Assembly: GCA_051251915.1 (NCBI GenBank)
Contig: JBPOGF010000007.1
Coordinates: 64,001 to 128,000 of the forward strand
Direction: 5' to 3'
Origin: Akkermansiaceae bacterium
Lineage (GTDB): Bacteria; Verrucomicrobiota; Verrucomicrobiia; Verrucomicrobiales; Akkermansiaceae
Length of the DNA: 64,000 nt
The notes beneath the pieces are model-generated. The model did no database searches, was not told where the DNA came from, and worked only from the letters and a program-made list of their open reading frames with translations. Below, piece by piece: positions 51,688 to 61,477 of the stretch (within the stretch, counting starts at the first letter, position 1; every line of letters begins with the position of its first letter). Both the position numbers and the translations under genes were made by a program.

Positions 51688-51930
51688 TTTTACGACGAAT
51701 AATACGAAGTTTCCCGAATGTGGTGTACGATGAAACTTTTCATGACCGCGAAATACACAAAAATCACGAAACCATTACGATGAAGCCTAAAAAGATGTAT
51801 TTTTAACCACTGAATAGCGGCTAATTATGCTGAACAGATATGCTGAAGTCGTTTATGTTTGCCTAGTTTGGTTACGGTGGCGTTGTAAGTAGGTGTGCCT
51901 TTTTTTTACAGGATGAATTCTGATCCTGTT
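51688..51930 (+). repeat. Cluster of degenerate ~9-bp-period repeat relics
   Basis: CGCGAAATA-CACAAAAAT-CACGAAA; ACGAATAAT-ACGAAG; TTAACCACTGAAT; ACAGGAT...ATCCTGT. Confidence 0.45.
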
Positions 51931-51963
51931 CTTGCTTTGTCATTCGGGATTAGGTAATGATAA

Positions 51964-52968
51964 ATGATGATCATTCGATGCCTTGTCCTTATTTATATAG
52001 TTTCTATTTCGAGTTTTGCGCTGGGGAAGTCTGCACAGGAGGTGACTGATGGGATAGTGAAGTCTGCGAATGGGGTGTTAGGGATGTTAGATAAGGAGCA
52101 GCTTGAGAAGGTGAAGTTTGGGTTTGATGATGATGTTCAGCGGAAGTTGTGGTCTAACTTGCCTTCGAGTATGGTGCCGAGGAAGGGGTTAAGGATGGGA
52201 GATCTGAGTAATGAGCAGAAGGCGGCTGTGATGGGGGTTTTGAAGGCGACTTTGAGTGAGAGGGGGTATCAGCAGGTGGTGGATAATATGTATTCTGAGA
52301 GGTTATTACGGATTAAGCATGGTGTTAAGAATAGGCATTATAGTGAGGATGAGTATTATTTTTCTATTTTAGGTGAGCCGTCCGGGACTGAGCCGTGGAT
52401 GTGGCAGTATGGGGGGCATCATTTGGCGATTAATGCTACTGTTGTTGGAGAGATGGTGACTTTGTCTCCTAGTTTTACTGGGGGGAATCCGGTGGATTTT
52501 GTGAGGAATGGGGAGAAGGTGAGGCAGTTGGCTGGTGATGAGGATGTGTCTTATGCGTTGGCAGCATCTCTGAGTGATGAACAGCGAGAGAAGGCGATTA
52601 TTTTGGGGAAGAGGGGGAATGTGGCATTTGGTCCTAAGGCGAAGGATCTTACTCCGAAGAAGGAGGGGATTTTGGCTAGTGAGCTGGATGAGAAGCAGCG
52701 GGGATTATTGTTGAAGTTGATCGAGGAGCGGGTGGGGATTTTGAATGATGTTCATTCTTGGGTGGCGATGAAGAAGGTTGCTGAGCAGTTGGGTGAGACT
52801 TATTTTGTTTGGTTTGGTGATACTGAGCCGGGTTGTACTTCGAATTATAGGATTCAGGGGCCTGGGGTGATTATTGAATATTTTGCTCAGGGGAAGGGTC
52901 AGGGGGGGCATATGCATACGCATGCTATGTATAGGGATCCTTCTAATGATTATGGTAGAGGGAAGTAA
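51964..52968 (+). CDS. DUF3500 domain-containing secreted protein
   Basis: WSNLP, LSERGY, WQYGGHHLAIN, YRIQGP..IEY, HTHAMYRDPSNDYG. Confidence 0.85.
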   Translation: MMIIRCLVLIYIVSISSFALGKSAQEVTDGIVKSANGVLGMLDKEQLEKVKFGFDDDVQRKLWSNLPSSMVPRKGLRMGDLSNEQKAAVMGVLKATLSERGYQQVVDNMYSERLLRIKHGVKNRHYSEDEYYFSILGEPSGTEPWMWQYGGHHLAINATVVGEMVTLSPSFTGGNPVDFVRNGEKVRQLAGDEDVSYALAASLSDEQREKAIILGKRGNVAFGPKAKDLTPKKEGILASELDEKQRGLLLKLIEERVGILNDVHSWVAMKKVAEQLGETYFVWFGDTEPGCTSNYRIQGPGVIIEYFAQGKGQGGHMHTHAMYRDPSNDYGRGK

Positions 52969-52986
52969 AAAAGAAAAAGTTGGTGG

Positions 52987-53430
52987 TTAGCGGTGGTAGG
53001 GTTCGCCTTTTTGGATGGTGGCGATGCGGTAGAGTTGTTCTAGGAGGACGACTAGGGCGAGTTCGTGTTGGAGGGTGAGGGGTGAGAGTGCCCAGACTAG
53101 GTCGGCTTCTTTGCGGAGTTGCTCGGTGTGGCCGTCTGAGGCGCCGATGTGGTAGGTGGCGCGCTTTTCTCCGCGCATTTCCCAGTGGTTGATTTTTTTG
53201 AGGAGTTGGTCGGTGGTGAGTTGTTCGCCACGTTCGTCTAGGACGATGCGGATGGTGCTGGGGGAGGACGATTGTTCTAGGTGGCGGGTGGAGACGTCTT
53301 GTGAGGAGCCGTCTTTGATGTGTTTGAGCTCGTATGAGCCGTAGCGTTTGAGGCGTTTTTGGTATTCTGCGACTCCGTCTTTGCAGTATTTGAGGGCGGG
53401 TTTGCCGGCGGCGATGATGGTGTGTTTCAT
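52987..53430 (-). CDS. rlmH: 23S rRNA (pseudouridine1915-N3)-methyltransferase
   Basis: LDERG, IGASDG, LSPLTLQHEL, EQLYR, PYHR. Confidence 0.95.
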   Translation of the reverse strand: MKHTIIAAGKPALKYCKDGVAEYQKRLKRYGSYELKHIKDGSSQDVSTRHLEQSSSPSTIRIVLDERGEQLTTDQLLKKINHWEMRGEKRATYHIGASDGHTEQLRKEADLVWALSPLTLQHELALVVLLEQLYRIATIQKGEPYHR

Positions 53431-53669
53431 TTTTGAAGTGTGAGGGTAGAATGGTGAAGTGTGAAGTACTTTGGTTGTGTGCTTGGGGGTGGGGTGATCA
53501 GTTAGCAGTGATCGGTGATCGGGCTAGGGTTGATGGAACGGCTTGGGGGGGGCGGTGATCGTTTAGGTGTGATCTGGGTTGTGTTGTTATAGAAATTTTG
53601 TGGTTTTGTAATGGAAAATTTTGGATTAGGGTGCAGAGTCTATTTAACTAATAACAAAATAAAAAATAT

Positions 53670-54251
53670 ATGTGGATACTAATAGGATTAATTGTAGTGG
53701 CTGTGCTGGTAGCATTTTGGCTGATGGGTATGTATAATGGTCTGGTGAAGAGCCGGAACCGTTATAAGAATGCGTTTTCGCAGATTGATGTGCAGCTGAA
53801 ACGTAGGCATGATTTGATTCCTAATCTGATAGAAACTGCAAAAGCTTACATGAAGCATGAGAGTGAGACGCTAGAAAATGTGATCAAGGCGCGAAATAGT
53901 GCTGAGAGTGCGCGTAAATCTGTGTCACCTGAGGATTCTGTTTCTATGGGGACTTTGGCTGCGGCTGAGACTAGCTTGGGTTCTACTATGGGGAGTTTTA
54001 TTGGGCTTTCTGAGAGTTATCCGGATTTAAAATCTAACCAGAATATGATGCAGCTAAGTGAAGAGCTAACTACTACTGAGAATAAGGTAGGGTTTTCACG
54101 TCAGGCGTATAATGATGCGGTGACGATGTATAATAACAAGTGTGAGACATTTCCTTCTAGCATCTTTGCTGGGATGTTTAACTTTAACCAGGCTGTGCTC
54201 TTTGAGGTGGCAGATGATTCTGAGCGCGAGAGTGTGAAGGTGTCATTTTAA
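53670..54251 (+). CDS. lemA: LemA family protein
   Basis: YNGLV, IDVQLKRRHDLIPNL, YPDLK, TENK..RQAYN. Confidence 0.95.
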   Translation: MWILIGLIVVAVLVAFWLMGMYNGLVKSRNRYKNAFSQIDVQLKRRHDLIPNLIETAKAYMKHESETLENVIKARNSAESARKSVSPEDSVSMGTLAAAETSLGSTMGSFIGLSESYPDLKSNQNMMQLSEELTTTENKVGFSRQAYNDAVTMYNNKCETFPSSIFAGMFNFNQAVLFEVADDSERESVKVSF

Positions 54252-54370
54252 AAGGGGGGGGAGCGAGCCTGCGGCTTTGGAAGCAGGAAGCGGGAAGCGC
54301 GGGGACTGAGTGATGATGTTAGATATCGTTATTGCTTGGGCTCGTGCCTCTTTACTATTTATTTAAAACT

Positions 54371-56371
54371 ATGAATTTTTACGAGGCGCAGGATGATGCA
54401 CGGAAGCGGACTAAGTGGCTAGTGCTGTACTTTATTTTGGCTGTGGTGGGCGTGGTGGCTGCTGTGTATACGGTGGTGGGCTTTGCTTACCAGGTGCAGG
54501 GGGGGACTGAGGTTACTTACCGTGATCAGTTTGGCAATGTGACTCGTGATGTTACGCGTGGCGAGTGGTGGGATCTGGGTAGATTTCTGACGGTGGCTGG
54601 GGTGACTACTGGGGTTATTCTGTTAGGGAATTTATTTAAGTCAATGCAGCTTGCTGGCGGTGGTGCTGCGGTGGCGCGTGATGTGGGGGCTAGGCCTGTG
54701 GATCCGCATACGACGGATCTGGATGAGAAGAGGCTGGTGAATGTGGTGGAGGAGATGGCGATAGCGAGTGGGCTGCCAGTGCCTCAGGTGTGGATCATGG
54801 ATGATGAGGCGGGGATTAATGCGTTTGCGGCTGGGACTGAGCCGGGTAATGCTGTGATAGGGGTGACTCGGGGGTGCGTGCAGCGTCTTACGAGGGGGGA
54901 ACTTCAGGGGGTGATCGCTCATGAGTTTAGTCATATTTTGAATGGTGATATGAAGTTGAACATGCGGTTGATTGGCTGGTTGTTTGGGATCATGATGTTG
55001 GCTTTGTTGGGGAGGATGTTGTTCCATTCGTTGCGGTTTGTGCGGGTGAGGGGTAATAGTAAGGATAATAATGGTGGGTTGATTATTGCGTTGTTGCTTA
55101 GTGGGGTGGCTTTGATTGTGATTGGTTCGATTGGGGTGTTTTTTGCTCGGATGATCCAGGCTGCTATTTCTAGGCAACGTGAGTATTTAGCGGATGCTAG
55201 TGCGGTGGAGTTTACTCGAGATCCTAGTGGGATAGCGGGTGCTCTGAAGAAGATAGGTGGGCAGCAGTATGGGTCTGAGATCAATAATGCGAAGGCGGGT
55301 GAGGCGAGTCATATGTTTTTTGCTGATGGTGGGATGTTTAGTTATGGGTTTGATACGCATCCGCCGTTGGATGTGAGGATAGCTACGATTGAGAAGGACT
55401 GGGATGGGGAGTTTAAGAATACGGAGTTACCTCCGGTGGCGCATCAGGGGCGACCTGGTAATAGGTCACGAGGTGGTGATGCTAGGTTGAGTGGGTTTGC
55501 TACTTCAGGAGGAGCTTCTGAGGGGCGTGCTCATAATGGAACTCAGGTGAAGGTGGACCGACAGGAGTGGGATGACATTGGTGACTCAGCGCATCAGGAT
55601 GTGGGTGTGGGTAAGCAGATACTTGATTCTATTTCTGATGAGTGGATAGAGGCTTGTCATGATAGGGAATATGCGCAGGCTTTGGTGTTTGGGTTGTTGT
55701 TGGCGGAGGATGATGAGCTTCAGCAAGGTGAAGTTTCTTTCCTGAATAAGTCTGCTGGTAAGCATGCTGTGGAGCTGGCTTTGAACTGGAATCAGGCATT
55801 ACGTGATGTGCATTCTTCTGAGAAGATTGCGCTGATAGATTTGTGTATTCCTACGTTGCGTAGGCTGACTATGCCGGAGTATGAGCGGTTTATTGAGATC
55901 ACTCGGTGGATGATAGCTAGTGATGGTGAGGTGGATATTTTTGAGTTCATGTTGCAGAAGGTGTTAGAGCGTCATTTGTCGGCTCACTTCTTGCATTATG
56001 GTTCGGTGAAGACGAGGTTTACGAAGATTAGTAAGCTGTCTACTGAGGTGAATGTGTTGCTTTCTACGATGGCTGGGATAGGTGCTGAGAATGGTGAGGA
56101 GCTGGTGACGGCTTATGGTGCGGCGTGTGGTGCTATTTCTGATGTGGGTGAGAGGTTAACGATTTTGCCGCCTGAGCGATGTGGTTTAGCGGAGGTGGAT
56201 AAGGCGCTGGATAAGTTAGAGCAGGCTAGTCCTGTGATTAAGAAACAGGTGATCCATGCTTGTGGGCTTTCGGTGATGCATGATGGCGTGCTGGAGAGTA
56301 AAGAGGCTGAGATGCTGAGAGCTGTGGCGGATGCGATAGGTAGTTCGCTGCCTCCATTTGTGCGTCATTAA
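54371..56371 (+). CDS. M48 (HtpX-like) metallopeptidase with C-terminal TerB-like region
   Basis: NVVEEMAIA, NAFAAG, HEFSH, REYLAD, THPP; C-terminal DGEVDIFE and DGVLESKE. Confidence 0.9.
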   Translation: MNFYEAQDDARKRTKWLVLYFILAVVGVVAAVYTVVGFAYQVQGGTEVTYRDQFGNVTRDVTRGEWWDLGRFLTVAGVTTGVILLGNLFKSMQLAGGGAAVARDVGARPVDPHTTDLDEKRLVNVVEEMAIASGLPVPQVWIMDDEAGINAFAAGTEPGNAVIGVTRGCVQRLTRGELQGVIAHEFSHILNGDMKLNMRLIGWLFGIMMLALLGRMLFHSLRFVRVRGNSKDNNGGLIIALLLSGVALIVIGSIGVFFARMIQAAISRQREYLADASAVEFTRDPSGIAGALKKIGGQQYGSEINNAKAGEASHMFFADGGMFSYGFDTHPPLDVRIATIEKDWDGEFKNTELPPVAHQGRPGNRSRGGDARLSGFATSGGASEGRAHNGTQVKVDRQEWDDIGDSAHQDVGVGKQILDSISDEWIEACHDREYAQALVFGLLLAEDDELQQGEVSFLNKSAGKHAVELALNWNQALRDVHSSEKIALIDLCIPTLRRLTMPEYERFIEITRWMIASDGEVDIFEFMLQKVLERHLSAHFLHYGSVKTRFTKISKLSTEVNVLLSTMAGIGAENGEELVTAYGAACGAISDVGERLTILPPERCGLAEVDKALDKLEQASPVIKKQVIHACGLSVMHDGVLESKEAEMLRAVADAIGSSLPPFVRH

Positions 56372-56372
56372 T

Positions 56373-56714
56373 ATGATGGAAAGGGAGCCAACAAAATTTG
56401 AATCTAGAGTTTATGAGGCGCTTTGTAGGGTGCCGGCGGGGAAGGTGGTGACTTATAAGGTGCTGGGTGCTGCGGTGGGGTGTGGGTCTGCTCAGGCGAT
56501 AGGGAATGCGATGCGGCGGAATCCGTATGCGCCTGAGGTGCCGTGTCATCGGGTGATACCGGCTACGCTTAAGTTGGGTGGGTTTATGGGGGATGTGATA
56601 GGTGATAGTATTGAGCGGAAGCGGGTTTTGTTAGAGAGTGAGGGGGTGGAGTTTGGTGATGATGGGAGGTTGGTTGATATGGGGTGTTTGTTGGATGGGG
56701 TTCCTGAGGATTAG
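56373..56714 (+). CDS. MGMT family DNA alkyltransferase (C-terminal domain only)
   Basis: VPAGKVVTY, AIGNAM, PCHRV active-site motif. Confidence 0.9.
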   Translation: MMEREPTKFESRVYEALCRVPAGKVVTYKVLGAAVGCGSAQAIGNAMRRNPYAPEVPCHRVIPATLKLGGFMGDVIGDSIERKRVLLESEGVEFGDDGRLVDMGCLLDGVPED

Positions 56715-56783
56715 GAATTTGGAATTTGGAATTTGGAATTAGGTTGTTTGGAGGTTTTTGTGCCTTTGGTATGTCACTGGTTG
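56714..56783 (+). repeat. (GGAATTT)x4 heptamer array followed by REP-like repeat copy D
   Basis: ggaattt x3 + ggaatta, then ggttgtttggaggtttttGTGCCtttGGTATgtca. Confidence 0.75.
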
Positions 56784-56870
56784 ATGCACGATGGAGCTGG
56801 TTGGTGGTTAGATGGAGAGTGATGATCTTTTTGTTCGGTGGGGTGTGATATTTATGGTAATGATTTTTTT

Positions 56871-57401
56871 ATGCATAAGGATGTTGAGAAGATATTGGTG
56901 AGTGAGGAGGTTATTCAGCATCGTATTGAGGTGTTGGCTAAGCGGGTGTTAGAGAAGGGTGAGGATAATATTGTGATTGTGGTGTTACTTAAGGGGGCGT
57001 TGGTGTTTGCGTCAGATTTATTTAGGAGTATGCCGGTGATGCTTGATGTGGAGTGTCTGAATGTTTCTAGTTATCATGGGGGACTGGAGAGTAGTGGTGA
57101 GGTGAAATTTCTGGATGTTAAGATGCCTAATTTTGATGGGAAGCGGGTGATTGTGGTGGATGATATTTATGATACTGGGCTGACGATGAAGGCTGTGTGT
57201 GATAAGATAGGGGAGTCTGGTGCAGCTAGTGTTGAGAGCTGTGTGCTGCTGGCTAAGGATAAGGTGAGGGAAGTTGATTTTGAGCCAGATTATGTAGGGT
57301 TTACGATTGGGGATGAGTTTGTGATTGGGTATGGGTTGGATTATAAGGGGAAGTATAGAAATCTGCCTTATATTGGGGTTTTGAGTGTGGATGCGATATA
57401 G
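56871..57401 (+). CDS. hpt: Hypoxanthine phosphoribosyltransferase
   Basis: LLKGA, VSSY, VVDDIYDTGLT, FVIGYGLDY, YRNLPYI. Confidence 0.95.
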   Translation: MHKDVEKILVSEEVIQHRIEVLAKRVLEKGEDNIVIVVLLKGALVFASDLFRSMPVMLDVECLNVSSYHGGLESSGEVKFLDVKMPNFDGKRVIVVDDIYDTGLTMKAVCDKIGESGAASVESCVLLAKDKVREVDFEPDYVGFTIGDEFVIGYGLDYKGKYRNLPYIGVLSVDAI

Positions 57402-57596
57402 CTGCGCTATGTCAATGGTCATTGGGCAATAGTCAATGGGGCTTGGGGTGATGGTCGCGTATGACGGCGGAGACGTACGCGATTATTTTGCTTAGGTAGG
57501 GCGGGGCAGGGCAGTTGGGGGCTTTTGTGCGTGAGGGGGTGAAATTTTGTTTAATTTCACTCTGGTGGAGTGGGGGGAATGGCGTATTGTTAGGGT

Positions 57597-58724
57597 ATGC
57601 GATGTACAATAATTAGAGAGTTAGATACACTGGAGGATTTCCTTAAACATAAAGGTCAGTTGCACTGTTCGGTGATTCAGGGGTTGAATTTTATTGATGT
57701 GGATTTGGATTGGAAGAAGTTGAATTTTAGTGGGGCTGTATTTTTGGGATGTCATTTTCCTAAGAATGTGACGGTTGAGTTTTTGATCGAGCAAGGAGCT
57801 GTGGTGTTTCCTACGTTGCCTAATCTTCCTTATAATCCGTATCGGGCGGAGTTGTATTCACGAGAGGAGCTGATGCAGGGGTGGACTCCGAGGCATGATC
57901 AGAGTGTGGATAAGAAGATTTATGATCACTTTGAAGCGAAGGGGAGGGCTAAGCCGGATATTTTAGAATCGTTGGCGCAGAGGTTGCATGATCATGCGGT
58001 GGATGATGCACTGAGGGATCTGTTAGAGGGTAGAGTGGAAGGAGATGGAGTTAAGAAGGTGGTTGCTATTATGGGGGGGCATGGGACTCCGCGGACTGAT
58101 ATTTATTATAAGAAGGTGGTGAAGCTTACGCGTAATTTGACGCGTGCTGGGTACTATGTGGCATCTGGTGGTGGGCCGGGGATGATGGAGGCTGCTAATC
58201 TTGGGGCTTGGTTAGCGGAGGTGGATGATGAGGGTTTGGAGGAGGTGTTTGCCTTGCTTGCGGAGGCACCAGTTTATAGTGATCCGGGGTATATGCAGGC
58301 GGCGCAGAGTGTGATTGATTTGTATCCGCATGGGCGGTCATCGATAGCGGTGCCGACGTGGTTTTATGGGCATGAGCCGACGAATTTGTTTAGTAAGCGG
58401 ATAGCGAAATATTTTTCTAACAGTATTAGGGAAGATGGTCTGTTAGCTATAGCTGAGTATGGGGTGGTGTTTGCTCCGGGGAGTGCGGGGACGACGCAGG
58501 AGATCTTTATGGATGCGACTCAGAATCACTATGTGACCTTTGATAAGGTTAGTCCGATGGTGTTCCTTGGGGAAGATCGGTATAATAAGGAGACGATGAT
58601 TTATCCGTGTATTAAGCAGCTGGCTGAGGGCAGGGCTTATGCGGAGATGTTGACTTGTACGGATGATATTGATGATGTGTTAGATTTCATCATTAGTCAT
58701 CCGCCGATGGAAACGCAGGGGTAA
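57597..58724 (+). CDS. LOG/SLOG family nucleotide-binding protein (long form)
   Basis: MGGH, SGGGPGMMEAANLG, PTWFYGHEP, PGSAGTTQE. Confidence 0.85.
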   Translation: MRCTIIRELDTLEDFLKHKGQLHCSVIQGLNFIDVDLDWKKLNFSGAVFLGCHFPKNVTVEFLIEQGAVVFPTLPNLPYNPYRAELYSREELMQGWTPRHDQSVDKKIYDHFEAKGRAKPDILESLAQRLHDHAVDDALRDLLEGRVEGDGVKKVVAIMGGHGTPRTDIYYKKVVKLTRNLTRAGYYVASGGGPGMMEAANLGAWLAEVDDEGLEEVFALLAEAPVYSDPGYMQAAQSVIDLYPHGRSSIAVPTWFYGHEPTNLFSKRIAKYFSNSIREDGLLAIAEYGVVFAPGSAGTTQEIFMDATQNHYVTFDKVSPMVFLGEDRYNKETMIYPCIKQLAEGRAYAEMLTCTDDIDDVLDFIISHPPMETQG

Positions 58725-58843
58725 GTTTTTATGATGAGATTACTCACTCTAGGTCTTGTCATTAATCCTATGAAAATGTGTTCATCACTCATCGTTTCGG
58801 TCGCTTTCATAGTGATTGAGGAGGATAGCAAGGCACTATCTAA

Positions 58844-59620
58844 GTGGAGATGAAGATGCGATTACAAAGTGGGACTTGTGCTTATCTGGATGGAACGAAG
58901 GTTTGTTCGGGGAGTTTTTGGAAGCGTGAGGGACGACTGACGGCGAAGGTCGCTCTTCCTGATGAAACTCTCATTCTGGGGGCGGGTGATGAGTTTCTGA
59001 TCGGGGAGAAAAGGTATAGAGTGGAGGGGATTGAGGAGGCTGAGAACGGTAATTATTTAGTAATCTCGGGGCTAGATGAGAAGCTGAAACCAGAGACTGA
59101 TACTGCGGAATCAGAAGCACTTGTGCACGAGAGAGAGGAGGCAGGAAGGCTGAGAAGGGAGCGGAGTCAAAGAGTGAGGGACCATACGTTTAAAATCCCA
59201 AGTAGGCATTACCGTGGACTGCTTGAGGACTTACAACAGCTTACTCCTGATGTTTTAACGAAACTGAATTCTATGGAGAGCAATTTCACCGTTCTTCGAT
59301 GGGAATCTGAACTGGAGTCACAGATGGAACGGAATCTAAAAGAAGGGGAGATGGGGCCGAATACCACTGAGACGAACCAAGCGGTGTTTGCAGAGTCTGG
59401 TGCGCAAGCCTTCACGACGGTAAATATCACGCGCTGGAATCCTCATCACATCGCGAATATGTCAGCATCTGCCGAGTGGTGTGTCGATGGAGAGCGGATA
59501 TTCTGCTCGCTGCATTGCGAAGCAGATGGTGTAGCTTATCAGGCCTGTGTAATGGGGGCTCCTTTGGCGTTGGATTATGTGAAAGAGTTTTTACTGCTTT
59601 GCAAAGAAGCTGATTGTTGA
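58844..59620 (+). CDS. Hypothetical protein (atypical composition)
   Basis: 258-aa ORF with AGGA-like upstream sequence; lacks the local G/T skew. Confidence 0.55.
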   Translation: MEMKMRLQSGTCAYLDGTKVCSGSFWKREGRLTAKVALPDETLILGAGDEFLIGEKRYRVEGIEEAENGNYLVISGLDEKLKPETDTAESEALVHEREEAGRLRRERSQRVRDHTFKIPSRHYRGLLEDLQQLTPDVLTKLNSMESNFTVLRWESELESQMERNLKEGEMGPNTTETNQAVFAESGAQAFTTVNITRWNPHHIANMSASAEWCVDGERIFCSLHCEADGVAYQACVMGAPLALDYVKEFLLLCKEADC

Positions 59621-59682
59621 TTCTGATTGGCTGCAAATTCATCAGCCGCTTTAGTGCCGACCATCAAATGCTCCGTGGTAGA

Positions 59683-59868
59683 CTACCATTTCGCAATCAC
59701 AGGGAGCTGTGCTGGTTTGCAGAGGGCTCTTTTGTTGTTGGAGACGCGGGCGCATTTTTTGCATACGAAGCTAGGGTCGGTGACTAGTTCGGTTAAGAGG
59801 TCGAAGTTTTTCTGGATCTGCTTGGGGCTCCATTTGCAGAATGTCTTGAGTTTATCGTCTTTGGCCAT
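59683..59868 (-). CDS. Small Cys-rich protein (61 aa)
   Basis: MAKDDKLKTFCKW...FVCKKCARV...LCKP; start moved to Met24 of the ORF. Confidence 0.7.
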   Translation of the reverse strand: MAKDDKLKTFCKWSPKQIQKNFDLLTELVTDPSFVCKKCARVSNNKRALCKPAQLPVIAKW

Positions 59869-60003
59869 TTTGAGTTTGCTTGGACTATTGTTGAGAATGG
59901 GATTCAATAACGATAATACGGAGTTGTCAATGCGCAACGAAAAAATTCTAAGTATTTTTGAGTTTGGTGCGTTGTTGAGTGTGAATCTATAACGAATGAG
60001 ACT

Positions 60004-60480
60004 ATGAGAAGAAAACGAATGATGAGTGTGGGTGACGATGAGCCAGTGTTGGATATTTCGTCTTTGATTGATGTGTGCTTCTTGCTGTTGATCTATTTTT
60101 TGGTGACGAGCACGATTCAGCCTAGGGAGCAGGATTTGCCTATGACGATGCCTAGTACAGATGGGGTTCCTGGTGATGAGGTGGTGAGGGTATTGATCGG
60201 ACTGAAGGGGGATGGATCAATTGTGATGAATGAGGGGGCAGCGGAGGAGGTGCTGGATACTGATGGGGAGGATAGGGAGATACCTAGGACTAAGGAGAGG
60301 TTGAAGATGATCAATGATTTGGCGCGGTCAAATGGGAGTGAGGTGTTTGTGCAGTTGGTGTCTGAGGAGGGTGTTAGGAACCAGAGGTTTATTGATGTGT
60401 TGAATTGTTTGAAAGGGGAGGGGATTAGTAAGGTGGGGATAGCTTCGCTAGGTCATCAGTCAATGGACAATGGTCAATAG
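60004..60480 (+). CDS. exbD: ExbD/TolR family biopolymer transport protein
   Basis: SSLIDVCFLLLIYFLVT TM with conserved Asp; DVLN near the C-terminus. Confidence 0.88.
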   Translation: MRRKRMMSVGDDEPVLDISSLIDVCFLLLIYFLVTSTIQPREQDLPMTMPSTDGVPGDEVVRVLIGLKGDGSIVMNEGAAEEVLDTDGEDREIPRTKERLKMINDLARSNGSEVFVQLVSEEGVRNQRFIDVLNCLKGEGISKVGIASLGHQSMDNGQ

Positions 60481-60518
60481 TGCTTGGTTGATGGGGGAGG
60501 TTGGAAACCTCTGGCACT

Positions 60519-61406
60519 TTAGGGGATGTATTTTTGGAGGATGGGGCGGATTTTTTCTACGGTGTCTTTTGGCCAGTTATCTGGCTGGGTGACGATGGAT
60601 AGGGCTAGGGTGGAGTGCTCTGGCCAGGTGGCGTCTGTGGGGATGTGGGGGATGGCTTGTTTGATGATTTTCTGGGCGTTGTTAGAGTTTTCTGTTAGGT
60701 GGCCGATGACGGTTTGTAGGGAGACGGGTTCTTCTTCTACTTTCCAGCAGTCGTAGTCGGTGATCATGGCGAGGGTGGAGAGGGAGATTTCTGCTTCGCG
60801 GGCGAGTTTGGCTTCGGCGACATTTGTCATGCCGATGACGTCGAACCCTAGTTGACGGTTGGCGTTGCTTTCTGCTCTGGTGGAGAATGCGGGGCCGTCC
60901 ATGTTTACGTAGGTGCCGCGGTCGTGGACGTTGTATGGGGTGTCTTTTGTAGTTTCCTTGGCGGCGGTGCTGAGGATGGTGCGGAGGTTTTCGCTGATGG
61001 GGTCTGCGAAGGGGATGTGTGCGGCGATGCCGTCGCCGAAGAAGGTGTGCTCGTTTCTTCTGCTGGTGCGGTCGAAGTATTGGTCAAAGAGGACGATGTC
61101 TCTGGGGGCGTATTGTTGCTGGAGGCTACCGACGGCGGTGACGCAGATGATGTATGAGACGCCGAGGGATTTGAGTGCCCAGATGTTAGCGCGGTGGTTG
61201 ATCTCGTGCGGGAGGATGGTGTGGCCTCTGCCGTGGCGGGGGAGGAAGTAGACTTGTCTGCCGGCGAGCTTGCCGCTCATGATGGCGTCTGATGGGTGGC
61301 CGAATGGGGTGTGGATGGTGATTTCTTCTTCGAGTGTGAAGCCGTCCATTTTATAGAGTCCTGTGCCGCCGATGATGGCGATGTGGTTTGCTGTGGTGTT
61401 TGACAT
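60519..61406 (-). CDS. mtnP: S-methyl-5'-thioadenosine phosphorylase
   Basis: IIGGTG, TPFG, PRHG, AVGSL, GPAFSTRAES, GMT, TDYDCW. Confidence 0.95.
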   Translation of the reverse strand: MSNTTANHIAIIGGTGLYKMDGFTLEEEITIHTPFGHPSDAIMSGKLAGRQVYFLPRHGRGHTILPHEINHRANIWALKSLGVSYIICVTAVGSLQQQYAPRDIVLFDQYFDRTSRRNEHTFFGDGIAAHIPFADPISENLRTILSTAAKETTKDTPYNVHDRGTYVNMDGPAFSTRAESNANRQLGFDVIGMTNVAEAKLAREAEISLSTLAMITDYDCWKVEEEPVSLQTVIGHLTENSNNAQKIIKQAIPHIPTDATWPEHSTLALSIVTQPDNWPKDTVEKIRPILQKYIP

Positions 61407-61477
61407 GGCAGTAAGCTAGATGAGGATGGAAGATTTGAAAGTTGAAAAGTTATTAAGATCTAGCTATAGTGGGGGAG

